A program made the translations under genes and the position numbers. Shown piece after piece: positions 1 to 8,622 of a stretch of 32,000 bases of DNA. A model generated the notes under the pieces. That model had not been told where the DNA came from. It saw nothing but the letters and a program-made list of their open reading frames with translations, and searched no databases. This stretch comes from Planctopirus limnophila DSM 3776 (GTDB taxonomy: Bacteria; Planctomycetota; Planctomycetia; Planctomycetales; Planctomycetaceae): assembly GCF_000092105.1 (NCBI RefSeq), contig NC_014148.1, positions 4,170,001 through 4,202,000 of the forward strand. Reading direction: 5' to 3'. Every line of letters starts with the position of its first letter. Within the stretch, counting starts at the first letter, position 1.

Positions 1-813
1 CAATGATTCGATCACATAATCGCGATAGGCCCAGATGGTTCGTGGTGGATCATCGGCATAGCCGGCGGAATCGGCGTATCGCGCCAGATCGAGCCAGCGA
101 TGAGCCCAGTGTTCCCCGTAAGCGGAACTGGCCAGCAATCGATCGACGACCTTTTCGTAGGCGTTGGAAGAGGTATCTTCAAGAAACGCCTGCAGCTCTT
201 CACGCGTCGGCGGCAGGCCCGTTAAATCGAGGCTCACCCGTCGAATCAAGGCTTCGCGATCAGCTTCCGCAGCAGGTTTGAGATTCAACTCTTTGAGCTT
301 TCGCTGAACCAGTTCATCAATTGCGCCGGCCATCACCGCTGGCGATTGATCCGGTTGATGCTGCGTGGCCACGATGACCGGACGCACGGGTTTGACATAG
401 CTCCAGTGCGGCTCGTACTTCGCCCCTTCAGAAATCCACTTCTTGAGCAGATCCACTTCGCGGGGACTGAGTTTTCGCCCCACGGAAGGTGGCGGCATTA
501 CCAGATCTGCGTCTGTCGAAAGGATGCGCTCGATCATCCCACTGGCTTCCGGGTGGCCCGCCTTGATGGCCTGAGCACCCCCACCCAGATCCGCAGTGGC
601 TCCTTCGAATGTATCTAACCTCAATCCATCGGTGCCTCCCTTGCGGTCGGCTTCATCCGGGCCGTGGCAATGAAAGCAGGCATTGGAAAGGATCGGCTTG
701 ATATCGCGCACAAAGCTGACAGATTCGGCCTGGGCGGATGGCACGAACGTTAGAAACGCGATTCCACAGCCGATGAATGATCCCAACCAGTGACTGGTGC
801 TGTAACGAGCCAT
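1..813 (-). CDS. Planctomycete cytochrome-c domain protein of the PSCyt1/DUF1549 (PSD1-type) family; N-terminal 271 codons only, the gene runs off the left edge
   Basis: Not in the supplied ORF track because it has no in-window stop. My own minus-strand translation from the ATG at 813-811 stays open to position 1: MARYSTSHWLGSFIGCGIAFLTFVPSAQAESVSFVRDIKPILSNACFHCHGPDEADRKG...LIRRVSLDLTGLPPTREELQAF...GEHWAHRWLDLARYADSAGY. It has a signal peptide, a CxxCH haem motif (CFHCH) and DUF1549-type LDLTGLPPT / RWLDLARYADS motifs. Confidence 0.85.
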   Translation of the reverse strand, partial: MARYSTSHWLGSFIGCGIAFLTFVPSAQAESVSFVRDIKPILSNACFHCHGPDEADRKGGTDGLRLDTFEGATADLGGGAQAIKAGHPEASGMIERILSTDADLVMPPPSVGRKLSPREVDLLKKWISEGAKYEPHWSYVKPVRPVIVATQHQPDQSPAVMAGAIDELVQRKLKELNLKPAAEADREALIRRVSLDLTGLPPTREELQAFLEDTSSNAYEKVVDRLLASSAYGEHWAHRWLDLARYADSAGYADDPPRTIWAYRDYVIESL

Positions 814-1449
814 AGAAATTCTCAAAAAATGATTCGTCGTGGGTGCGAGGTCAAGAGGAACACCGTGGTTCGGAAGCAAGCTCATATGGAGCCAGTACCG
901 ATCATTACGTTCTTCGCAAGAGAATCGTCAGATCATCTTGCGGCGGTGGGAGATTCGCTGATCGCTCGGCGGAAAGCAGTCGGTTCACCGGCTCGCATTA
1001 CCACCACCTCTCAATTTGGCAGAAATCTCGCCAGAAGCTGCCGGAGAGGACAATCAGGTCATGTCAGAATATCACAAAGTTTCAGGGATTGAAAACAGGA
1101 AAAAGATCAAGCTGCCTGATCAATTCCCAAGAAGCACCTATGGGCAGGAAGGTGTGCTACAGAACTCTCCAGAGAATTTCTCCCTTTTGATGGGCCCGCC
1201 TCTGCCTTCAATCTCAAGCCATGCCCCCAAACATCTGTTCACGTTACATCCTATTGACCTCTTGAGAAGAGGGGCGTGCTTTCCCGGTGCGAAACCTCGA
1301 TTGTAAAACTCAAGTCACGAACGAATTTCTACGGAGAAATCCCTAACTGTCATGTTAGACTATCAATATGCCTTCTCTGGGCCAGTCGAATCTCCGTTAA
1401 GTGCTTCAAGCGTAACACCCTTCTGCCAGTGCTGATTGAGGCTCCCCTC

Positions 1450-2610
1450 ATGGCGACAATTGTCGATCGTTCGGATCCTTTGTCCTCTGCTGAGTTTGTG
1501 ACAGTTGACCCTGCGATGGCAGCACTGGTCGACAGGCGTCATCGCAAAATTGCCGACTGGCTCAAATCTCATCAGTTCGACGCTGCGTTGCTGACGGATC
1601 CCGCCAATCAGTCGTGGCTTTCGGCGGGTGCCGATTTTTCTGGTGCCGAGATGTCCGGCCCATCGACGGCGATGTTCGTGACTCCCGAATCGCGTGTGAT
1701 TGTCTGCCATAACGTGGCCTCTTCTCGAGTGTTCGAAACCTGTATTGGTGGCATGGGATTCCAGATCAAAGAGCGTCCGTGGTACGAACCACTTGAAGTC
1801 TTATTGGCGGATTTGTGCCGTAGCCGGAAGGTGGTGCTGGATCGCTTTGGCCCATTGGGCGAAGCCCGCACAGAGGCATTTCGTAATTTTCGCTGGCCAC
1901 TCGATGACCACGATGTGGAACAGCTCAAAATGGGTTCAAAAATCATAACTCATGCCGTTGAAGCGACTTGCCGCGGCTGGTATCCGGGAAAACGGGAATG
2001 CGAACTGGCTGGCGAAGTATCTCATCGCCTGCTCAAGCACGAAGTCACTCCTGTCCGTGTGCAGATACTCGCTGATGGCCGGGCCAGACGTTTCCGCGAC
2101 TGGGCGTGGTCTGAAGATGAAACCACCAGTACAGTCACGATCGTTGCAATTGGTCGCTACAAAGGGATGCATTGTGGAGTCAGCCGGACGGTTCTCGATG
2201 GGCCGCTGGAAGGAAGTTTTGCCGAAGCCTGGGAAAAGCTGGCACTGGTGCTGGGGACAGCCATGTTTTTCTCACTGGGCAGCACGCCATTGAGCCAGAT
2301 TTGGGGCAAAGTCGCTCGCATTTACGAAAAATTTGGCTGTGCGGATGAATGGGAAATGGCTCCTCAAGGAGAGCTGCTCGACTACGGCCGCATTTCGGCA
2401 CTGATTACGCCACAATCCAAAGTCGCTGTCCCCGCGCGCGGAGCTATTTTCTGGCGACCGTCGATTTCCATGGCGATGGCGGGAGAAACTGTTCTGGCAA
2501 CGGAAGAAGGAGCCCGAGTCCTCACTCACAGCGGCGACTGGCCCACCTGGGATGTCGAAATCAAAGGGAGCCACGTCCCGGTCACAGCGATTCTCAGCCG
2601 CAGCGAATAA
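1450..2610 (+). CDS. M24 (creatinase / Xaa-Pro aminopeptidase) pita-bread-fold protein, apparently with degenerate metal ligands
   Basis: ORF 1276..2610, trimmed to the ATG at 1450 (MATIVDRSDPL...). The upstream part starts at a GTG and reads as non-coding. The N-terminal creatinase/prolidase-like segment is DRRHRKIADWLKSHQFDAALLTDPANQSWLSAG. The C-terminal segment follows the M24 pattern (PGKRECELAGEVSHRLL..., VTIVAIGRYKGMHCGVSRTV, GAIFWRPSISMAMAGETVLATEEGARVLT). Confidence 0.6.
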   Translation: MATIVDRSDPLSSAEFVTVDPAMAALVDRRHRKIADWLKSHQFDAALLTDPANQSWLSAGADFSGAEMSGPSTAMFVTPESRVIVCHNVASSRVFETCIGGMGFQIKERPWYEPLEVLLADLCRSRKVVLDRFGPLGEARTEAFRNFRWPLDDHDVEQLKMGSKIITHAVEATCRGWYPGKRECELAGEVSHRLLKHEVTPVRVQILADGRARRFRDWAWSEDETTSTVTIVAIGRYKGMHCGVSRTVLDGPLEGSFAEAWEKLALVLGTAMFFSLGSTPLSQIWGKVARIYEKFGCADEWEMAPQGELLDYGRISALITPQSKVAVPARGAIFWRPSISMAMAGETVLATEEGARVLTHSGDWPTWDVEIKGSHVPVTAILSRSE

Positions 2611-2750
2611 TGCAGAACTTCTGGTAAGTTGCCGGTCAACTGGCTCTTGAACAGTTTGCGTATAAGGTTCGCTCGTAACGACTTCCCTCCCCGACTTCTC
2701 CGACCTTCGTGGTGATCCTGCCTTCAATCCGTCGGAATCCAGTTTCTGAG

Positions 2751-2838
2751 CGATCTGGCAGCGTAAGACCTTTTCGTTGATCAATAACTGGCCCCCATAC
2801 AGTGGCACAAATCCCGCCAGGGAAATCGCGGATTCTGA
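2751..2838. repeat. ~89-bp structured intergenic repeat, copy A (most diverged)
   Basis: cgatctggcagcgtaagacc..cgttgatcaataactggcccccatacagtggcacaaatcccgccagggaaatcgcggattctga aligns by eye along its length with copies B and C. Confidence 0.75.
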
Positions 2839-2913
2839 TACCGATCCCAGAAATCCAATACGCCTAGAAAGTCGAACTGGCATGCTTGCTCCGAGCCGCA
2901 AGCATGGCACACT

Positions 2914-2951
2914 CGCTGGGGGTTCGAAGACTCAACCCCAGCCACCGACCG
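2914..2951. repeat. 38-nt hairpin-forming repeat element, also present as an inverted pair at 25193..25280
   Basis: cgctgggggttcgaagactcaaccccagccaccgaccg matches cgctggggggtcgaagactcaaccccagccacccgccg at 25243..25280 at 35 of 38 positions. The internal stem is GCTGGGG/CCCCAGC. Confidence 0.8.
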
Positions 2952-2969
2952 AAATACTTGAGATCTGTG

Positions 2970-3058
2970 CGATCTGGCAGCGTAAGCCCCCTTCGTGAAT
3001 CAACGGCTGACCCCCACACGCTGCGACAAACCCCGCAAGGGGTATCGTGGATTCTCGG
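2970..3058. repeat. ~89-bp structured intergenic repeat, copy B (head-to-tail with copy C)
   Basis: cgatctggcagcgtaagcccccttcgtgaatcaacggctgacccccacacgctgcgacaaaccccgcaaggggtatcgtggattctcgg. CTGGCAGCGT pairs with ACGCTGCGAC (9/10), followed by a CCCC-GCAA-GGGG mini-hairpin. Confidence 0.8.
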
Positions 3059-3145
3059 CGTTCTGGCAGCGTCAGACCCAATCGTGAATCAACGACCGGC
3101 CCCCATACGCTGCCACAAACCCGCAAGGGGGGGAATTGGCATAGG
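3059..3145. repeat. ~89-bp structured intergenic repeat, copy C
   Basis: cgttctggcagcgtcagacccaatcgtgaatcaacgaccggcccccatacgctgccacaaacccgcaagggggggaattggcatagg. CTGGCAGCGT (3063-3072) pairs with ACGCTGCCAC (3107-3116), followed by a CCC-GCAA-GGG hairpin. Confidence 0.8.
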
Positions 3146-3218
3146 GGAGTTTTTTGGAGTTTGTTAAACTTGAGGGAAAGGTTTGTTTTCTGGATGATTT
3201 TTGATCGCAAGGAACGCG

Positions 3219-5123
3219 ATGACTCCCTCACCTGCCACCCTGATGGAACCGGATACCAAGACTGAAGTGAGTGCCTTGAATCGAGGATCAGGTCCATCGA
3301 GCGACTCGGGTCATGAGGCTGAGGTGCGGCGGCTGATTGCCCAGGCGAGAAGCCGTATTGAGCGGCCTGATGACGAGATTGAAAATCCTGTCTCGGCGGG
3401 CTGGGGGTTGCTGTCGGTGTCGGCTGTCTTGATGTGGGCCACGTTTGCACCGCTTGATCAAGGGTATCTGGGTTGGCTGGCTCTGGTGCCTGTCCTGTGG
3501 CTGGTGCAGAGACCACGCTGGACGAAACGCACGATCGCTGCGGCGTATGTGACGTCGCTGGTAAGCCAGTTGGCTTCATTGCAATGGATGCGGCTGGGCG
3601 ATCCCACCATGTATGTGGCCTGGGTCGCTCTGGCGGCGTACATCGCCTGTTATCTGCCTGTATTTCTGATGCTCTCCCGGCTGGCTGTTCACCGGTGGAA
3701 AGTCCCGCTGGTGGTGGCTGCCCCCGTGATCTGGGTGGCACTGGAGTTTGTGAAGGCCCATTTGTTCACAGGTTTTGCGTGGTACCTGATGGGCCACTCG
3801 CAATATCGCTGGCTGGAAATGATTCAGGTCAGCGATCTGGGCGGGGCCTATCTGGTCAGTTTTGTGGTGGTGGCTGGTGCCTGTGCCATCACGATGGCTT
3901 TAGCTCGCTTGTGGGGAACATGGCTCAGTCGTCGAAAGTCGGCCGCCCAGGCTGCGATTTCGATCGAATGGGCCATGGGCAAGTCGGCTGTTGTACAGAT
4001 TCTGGCGGCTTCCGTACTGATTTCAGCCACACTCGGTTACGGGTATTTGAGACGATCGCAGGCGAACTTTACTCCTGGGCCGAAAATGGCATTGATACAG
4101 GGCAATTATCCGGCCTCACTGGTCGCGCGAGCCGACGATTCTGCCCCGATGTTTGTCACACATATGCGGATGACGGGGATGTCGGTGGCTCATCGGCCGG
4201 ATGTGATCGTCTGGCCTGAAACCATGTTCCGCTGGCCATTGATTGATGTCCCTGCCGATTGGACGGATGAGAAACTGAAGTCGCTGAGAAATGGCCCGCC
4301 TGTGGCGGCCTGGCGCGATCAGACCATTCGCAAGACGTTGGCAGGTGAAGCCCAGAAAGCCGGCGCTGCCATGATTCTGGGCCTGGAATCGATTGTGCCG
4401 GGCGAAGAAAAGATTCTCCGACACAACTCGGCGGCCTTTGTGAGGCCCGATCTGGGAGTCATGGGGCGATACGACAAAATTCACCTGGTTCCTTTTGGCG
4501 AATATCTGCCACTGGCTCAGACGATACCGGCTCTGAAGTTCTTCTTGCCTCCTGCGATGAGAAACTCGTTTGGGCTCGATGACGGCAAATCGGCAGCTGT
4601 TTTTGAGTACGGCAAATGGCGCATGGTGCCTGTCATTTGTTTCGAAGACACCGTGCCCCATCTGGTGCGGGATATCGTGGGGAGTGTCAGTGAGAAGGAG
4701 CAGGGTCGGCAGGTCGATGTCCTGGTCAATCTTTCGAACGATGGCTGGTTTCACGGATCGAGTGAACTGGAGCAGCATCTGATTACCGCGGCTTTTCGAG
4801 CGGTTGAAACACGAACACCACTTGTTCGAGCGGTGAATACTGGGATTTCGGCATTTATCGATGGCGATGGGGCGATTCTCGATCCTGAGGTCTATCTCGA
4901 TGGTGATCGGTTAGGAAGAACCAGCCCGCGCGACCCGAAAACCGGAGCCTGGCTCAAGCAGGTCAACAGTGCGCAGATCCGTACGGTTCCACTCGATGAC
5001 CGCACCAGTTTCTATGTGCAATATGGCGACTGGTTCACCGCCTTGTGTGGGTTACTGGTGGGAATACTGCTGACAGCTGAGATCGTCACCCGCTGCCAGA
5101 CCTGGTGGCATCGAAAGGCGTAA
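3219..5123 (+). CDS. lnt: Apolipoprotein N-acyltransferase
   Basis: ORF 3201..5123. The track start is a TTG; I prefer the ATG at 3219, which is preceded by AAGGAA. The N-terminal half is polytopic and hydrophobic. The C-terminal half is a CN-hydrolase domain with the Lnt catalytic-triad contexts VIVWPETMF (Glu), [14 protein letters not shown] (Lys) and VPVICFEDT (Cys), plus [10 protein letters not shown]. Confidence 0.9.
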   Translation: MTPSPATLMEPDTKTEVSALNRGSGPSSDSGHEAEVRRLIAQARSRIERPDDEIENPVSAGWGLLSVSAVLMWATFAPLDQGYLGWLALVPVLWLVQRPRWTKRTIAAAYVTSLVSQLASLQWMRLGDPTMYVAWVALAAYIACYLPVFLMLSRLAVHRWKVPLVVAAPVIWVALEFVKAHLFTGFAWYLMGHSQYRWLEMIQVSDLGGAYLVSFVVVAGACAITMALARLWGTWLSRRKSAAQAAISIEWAMGKSAVVQILAASVLISATLGYGYLRRSQANFTPGPKMALIQGNYPASLVARADDSAPMFVTHMRMTGMSVAHRPDVIVWPETMFRWPLIDVPADWTDEKLKSLRNGPPVAAWRDQTIRKTLAGEAQKAGAAMILGLESIVPGEEKILRHNSAAFVRPDLGVMGRYDKIHLVPFGEYLPLAQTIPALKFFLPPAMRNSFGLDDGKSAAVFEYGKWRMVPVICFEDTVPHLVRDIVGSVSEKEQGRQVDVLVNLSNDGWFHGSSELEQHLITAAFRAVETRTPLVRAVNTGISAFIDGDGAILDPEVYLDGDRLGRTSPRDPKTGAWLKQVNSAQIRTVPLDDRTSFYVQYGDWFTALCGLLVGILLTAEIVTRCQTWWHRKA

Positions 5124-5190
5124 CCGATCTTTCCCGATTCGTCAGAACGACATAAAACACGGCATCGGCCTGTATCAGGAGTGATGCCAC

Positions 5191-6651
5191 ATGTCCTATT
5201 TCGTTTCGATCTGCCTCACGACTGCCCGACGTTGTGGCAGAGTCATGATTCTGTGCCTCGTTCTGGCAATGACTGGCTGCGCAAAAGCTCCGCAGGATGC
5301 CAAGACAGCCACCGATTCCTCGGATAAGGGATTTGTCGTCTCTCCGTTGACGGCTTCGGGTGGCCCGGCTGGTGCAGCCGACTTCCCACTTGACGCTGGC
5401 TCGACAGGTTCGGCGCCATCCATCTCCGATGGCCCGATTCTGCCCGATCTTCCAGCACAGTCGGAACCTGCGATTGCTGGTAGCGAAGCCCCACCTTTTC
5501 CTGCCAACGAGCCAGGTATGGAAACGGTAACTGTCACCGTGAATGGAAAAGCTGCGATCGAACCCAAAACCATCGAGTTTGGAGAATTCGATCCGTCACA
5601 AGCTGCTGCTTACGAGATCCAACCCCGGCCCGCGATGTCACCCACAGCCAGGCAATCGACAGATAGCGGATTTACACGCGAAACCATCTACTTTGCGACC
5701 AATCGAAAACGCACGGGTTCAACCAGTGCCAAAGAGGCATACAGTTCCCATCGAGGCGAACTGCAATGGGGAATGTGCCAGGTCAGCATTCCTTACAAGC
5801 ATAAGCCTGGCGAAATGGAATCGCCCAAATGGTACCAGTGGAGTGAAGATCCCAAGCAGCACATCATCCTGATGGATCCACTTGAACAGCTTTCGGAAGC
5901 CAACTGGATGACTCGGATTCGACAGAAGCTGGCGGGGGCCAGTTCGAGTGAAATTCTGGTCTTTGTACATGGCTACAACGTGACATTCGAGAATGCCGTG
6001 CGCCGGACGGCTCAGCTTTCTTATGATCTCAATTTCCCGGGGGCAGCCGTCTGCTTCAGTTGGCCGGCAGGGAACAGCATGGTTTACACGACTGACTGGA
6101 CCAATGCGGAATGGTCGTTGCCGCATTGCCTGCATGTTCTCAAGCAGTTGGCGTTGTTCTCGAGGGCTGACAAGATTCATATTGTCGCTCATAGCATGGG
6201 CAGCCGTGTGGTGACTTTTTCACTCAAAGAGCTGCTGCGCGAGTTGCCAGTGCTCGATAACCAGCCGCTTTTTAATCAGGTGGTGCTGGCGGCTCCTGAT
6301 CTCGATGCTGAGATCTTCCGCACGCAGATCGCACCGGCGATTCAGAAGGCCTCCCGCAGGCTGACGATTTACGCTTCTGAGCAGGATCTGGCTTTGAAGC
6401 TCTCGCAAGGCCTCAATGGTGGCACTCGACTGGGAACCGCCACACCTGTCTCATTGACGACGACGGGCTTCGAGTGGATCGACTGCATCGATGCCACGGC
6501 GATGAGTCAGGAGCCCATGATGACCTTACAGCACGCCTATTACGGCGATTCCCCCCGTATGATCAGTGATCTGCGCCGAGTGCTGGCTGGTGAGAATGCG
6601 ACAATGCGTGGCCTGGTCTGTGAAAAGCCGGGTCTCTTTCAGATTCGCTGA
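5191..6651 (+). CDS. Lipoprotein, alpha/beta hydrolase of the DUF900 family
   Basis: AGGAG lies 9 nt upstream of the ATG. The signal peptide has a lipobox (RRCGRVMILCLVLAMTGC). A low-complexity Pro/Ala/Ser linker follows. DUF900-type motifs are VFVHGYNVTFENAVRRTAQLSYDL and the nucleophile elbow IVAHSMGSRV. Confidence 0.8.
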   Translation: MSYFVSICLTTARRCGRVMILCLVLAMTGCAKAPQDAKTATDSSDKGFVVSPLTASGGPAGAADFPLDAGSTGSAPSISDGPILPDLPAQSEPAIAGSEAPPFPANEPGMETVTVTVNGKAAIEPKTIEFGEFDPSQAAAYEIQPRPAMSPTARQSTDSGFTRETIYFATNRKRTGSTSAKEAYSSHRGELQWGMCQVSIPYKHKPGEMESPKWYQWSEDPKQHIILMDPLEQLSEANWMTRIRQKLAGASSSEILVFVHGYNVTFENAVRRTAQLSYDLNFPGAAVCFSWPAGNSMVYTTDWTNAEWSLPHCLHVLKQLALFSRADKIHIVAHSMGSRVVTFSLKELLRELPVLDNQPLFNQVVLAAPDLDAEIFRTQIAPAIQKASRRLTIYASEQDLALKLSQGLNGGTRLGTATPVSLTTTGFEWIDCIDATAMSQEPMMTLQHAYYGDSPRMISDLRRVLAGENATMRGLVCEKPGLFQIR

Positions 6652-6663
6652 GGCCAGGCTGGT

Positions 6664-7767
6664 TTAATGGGATTTGAGTAAGCCACTTGCCTGCAACACA
6701 GCGGTTTGGACGGCAAGATCGTGGGCGTAGGAGTAGTCGCTGGGCTTATCGCCGCGAATAATCTTCGCCATATCGTCGGCATCACCTACATACCGGGCAT
6801 ATTTGGGGAGTTCGATCTCCTGCACGCCTTTGCGATAGACCTTTCCAGTGTCTGGATCGGTCACCGATTCGGCCAGAGAGAGCCGGATAGAGGGATTATC
6901 GAGCGGTTGAATGTGAAAGGTGCCTCGCGTCCCGCACACAGTGACATGTCTGCGGGCAAAACCTTCCACTTCCACGCCTGTCGAGCGAATGGTGGCAGTG
7001 GCTTTCGGGTATTCGAACACCGCCAGCATGTTATCGATCAGACGATCCTGACCAGTGACTACTTGCCTGGAGAACGACGTGATGCGATCAGGTTGCGGAA
7101 GAATATTCAGCACCAGATCAATCACATGGCAGCCCAGTTCGAACATGATTCCGCCAGGATAGGCTCCCAGTTGCTCGCGAGTGCGGGGATCGAGGACTTT
7201 ACTCATGACGGCGTGGACTTCAAAGATCTCGCCCAGCCATCCTTGCTGAATAAACTTCTTGAGAAGTAAATAGCCCGGGTTGTAGCGAAACATATAGCCC
7301 ATCTGCATAAGGAGAGATTGCCGCTGGGCGCTTTGCAGAATCCGGCGGTATTGTTCGAGAGATTCTCCGGCTGGCTTGTCGAGATGCACATGCCGGCCAG
7401 CGGCAATGCAGGCTTCCGCTTGATCCAGCAGGTGACGAACTTCGGTCTCGATGAGGACCGCCTGCAAGCCCGGCTGGGATAGAAGTTCCTCGCGAGTCAT
7501 CCAGGGGAGATCTCGAAAAGCCGGTTTGTTCTGAGCTGCCAGCCTGAGTTTTTCATCCGGCTCAACAATCCCCACGACTTCGTAATCGGGCGAGTTGCGG
7601 TAAACGGCCAGCTTGTCCGCATGCGCATGCCCGACGCCGATTTGACCGATACGAATCTTGGGATTGTGGGTGGGCACTTCAGCCGATGAAACTCGCTGAA
7701 GCGAACTTGCGACAAGCAAACATGACCCGGCACGCCTAAGAAATATTCTACGATTAATTCGTTTCAT
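6664..7767 (-). CDS. Gfo/Idh/MocA-family NAD(P)-dependent oxidoreductase with a Tat-type signal
   Basis: Twin-arginine N-terminus MKRINRRIFLRRAGSCLLVASS. Rossmann start KIRIGQIGVGHAHA. EKP-like motif HLDKPAG. The length and C-terminal alpha/beta domain are typical of the family. Confidence 0.85.
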   Translation of the reverse strand: MKRINRRIFLRRAGSCLLVASSLQRVSSAEVPTHNPKIRIGQIGVGHAHADKLAVYRNSPDYEVVGIVEPDEKLRLAAQNKPAFRDLPWMTREELLSQPGLQAVLIETEVRHLLDQAEACIAAGRHVHLDKPAGESLEQYRRILQSAQRQSLLMQMGYMFRYNPGYLLLKKFIQQGWLGEIFEVHAVMSKVLDPRTREQLGAYPGGIMFELGCHVIDLVLNILPQPDRITSFSRQVVTGQDRLIDNMLAVFEYPKATATIRSTGVEVEGFARRHVTVCGTRGTFHIQPLDNPSIRLSLAESVTDPDTGKVYRKGVQEIELPKYARYVGDADDMAKIIRGDKPSDYSYAHDLAVQTAVLQASGLLKSH

Positions 7768-7857
7768 ACCGTGTTTCCACGCAACGACAATTCGATCAAG
7801 GCTACGGTTGTAATCTCAACGCTGAAACAGATCATGCGAAACACGTGTGGTTCAATA

Positions 7858-8622
7858 CTACGAATTACTTCTAATATGTCGCTTTATTCCTTCTGAAATC
7901 GCAATAATTTCATCATTTGAAAGATGAGATTTAATCATCTTAAGCTTATATGGGAGCTGTTTATTGTTAATCACCCAAACAGCAGATTCTTGGCAAGCTG
8001 CCTCTACAAACCAACCAGGGAACACCAATACTGGCCGTGGATTAATCTTCTTTCCAGACTGTTTGTAGATGACTTCACTAATAAATCTCGAGCCGGCTTC
8101 AGCTTGCTCAATTGGGTTTCTTTCTGGGGACACCCCGTTCACTAACACCATTGAGCCATCGAAAAACACCTTTGGATTACCTTTAACGGGCTTCGAGTAA
8201 GTCTTGGTCTCAATGACAAATACTCCAGCTGGACCTATTAGAACATGGTCTACGTTAAATGAGGGACCCGGAACATCATTAAGAAGCATGTAACCTAAAG
8301 GAACTATCGTTTCTTGAAGTTCCTGAGCGACTGCCATTTCACCGTCAAGGCCAAGTCGCATTTGGGAGAGTTTCTTAAACACCTTGCGCAACATGATTAT
8401 TGAAATGATCACAGCAACAGCCGCGATCACAGTGATAAGCACCGGCATTGGTGGAACTGAGAAAACCCATCGATACCATTCTAGCAATGCGAGCATACAT
8501 AGGCTTACTGGCAAGCAAATCCATGTAATAAAAGCATCATCAAGTAGATCGCGCATTTGCACTCGAAGTGAAGAACCCGCATACGGAATAGGAGCGTCTT
8601 TGATTGGTGATTTCTTTGTCAT
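7858..8622 (-). CDS. Membrane-anchored NERD (nuclease-related domain) protein
   Basis: Two N-terminal TM helices (FITWICLPVSLCMLALLEWY, MPVLITVIAAVAVIISIIML) are followed by NERD-type motifs: GEMAVAQELQE...GYMLLNDV...NVDHVLIGPAGVFVIETKTYS. The gene is visibly AT-rich relative to its neighbours. Confidence 0.75.
   Translation of the reverse strand: MTKKSPIKDAPIPYAGSSLRVQMRDLLDDAFITWICLPVSLCMLALLEWYRWVFSVPPMPVLITVIAAVAVIISIIMLRKVFKKLSQMRLGLDGEMAVAQELQETIVPLGYMLLNDVPGPSFNVDHVLIGPAGVFVIETKTYSKPVKGNPKVFFDGSMVLVNGVSPERNPIEQAEAGSRFISEVIYKQSGKKINPRPVLVFPGWFVEAACQESAVWVINNKQLPYKLKMIKSHLSNDEIIAISEGIKRHIRSNS

Noticed and set aside
1017-1032. Sigma-54-like -24/-12 match TGGCAG-aaatc-TCGC on the plus strand; I looked for one because an enhancer-binding protein is encoded in the window
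   Set aside because: The GG/GC spacing is correct but two core positions mismatch, and it lies ~420 nt upstream of the nearest plus-strand start. Such matches are expected by chance. Other TGGC-containing sites in intergenic regions (for example 10870, 29590) have wrong spacing or a poor -12 element.
790-1306. Overlapping plus-strand ORFs 790..1092, 843..1190 and 1016..1306 in the divergent intergenic region
   Set aside because: They are mutually overlapping in different frames, have Arg/Ser/Cys-rich low-plausibility products, and show no motifs. I treat the region as non-coding.
2751-3145. Possible CRISPR array, because of the tandem repeats
   Set aside because: The units are about 89 bp. 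Copies B and C abut with no unique spacer, and copy A is separated by other repeat material. There are no cas genes in the window. This is not CRISPR architecture.
2272-3741. Minus-strand ORFs 2272..2910 (212 aa) and 2932..3741 (269 aa)
   Set aside because: They run antisense into the M24-like gene and lnt and across the 89-bp repeats. Their only shared feature (GFV..GGQ.LI.E..LRCQIAQ) is the translated repeat unit, so they are repeat artefacts.
3473-4778. Alternative-frame and antisense ORFs inside lnt (3473..4219 plus strand, 4116..4778 minus strand)
   Set aside because: The lnt frame carries all the family motifs. These ORFs have Gly/Arg/Cys-rich products typical of off-frame translation.
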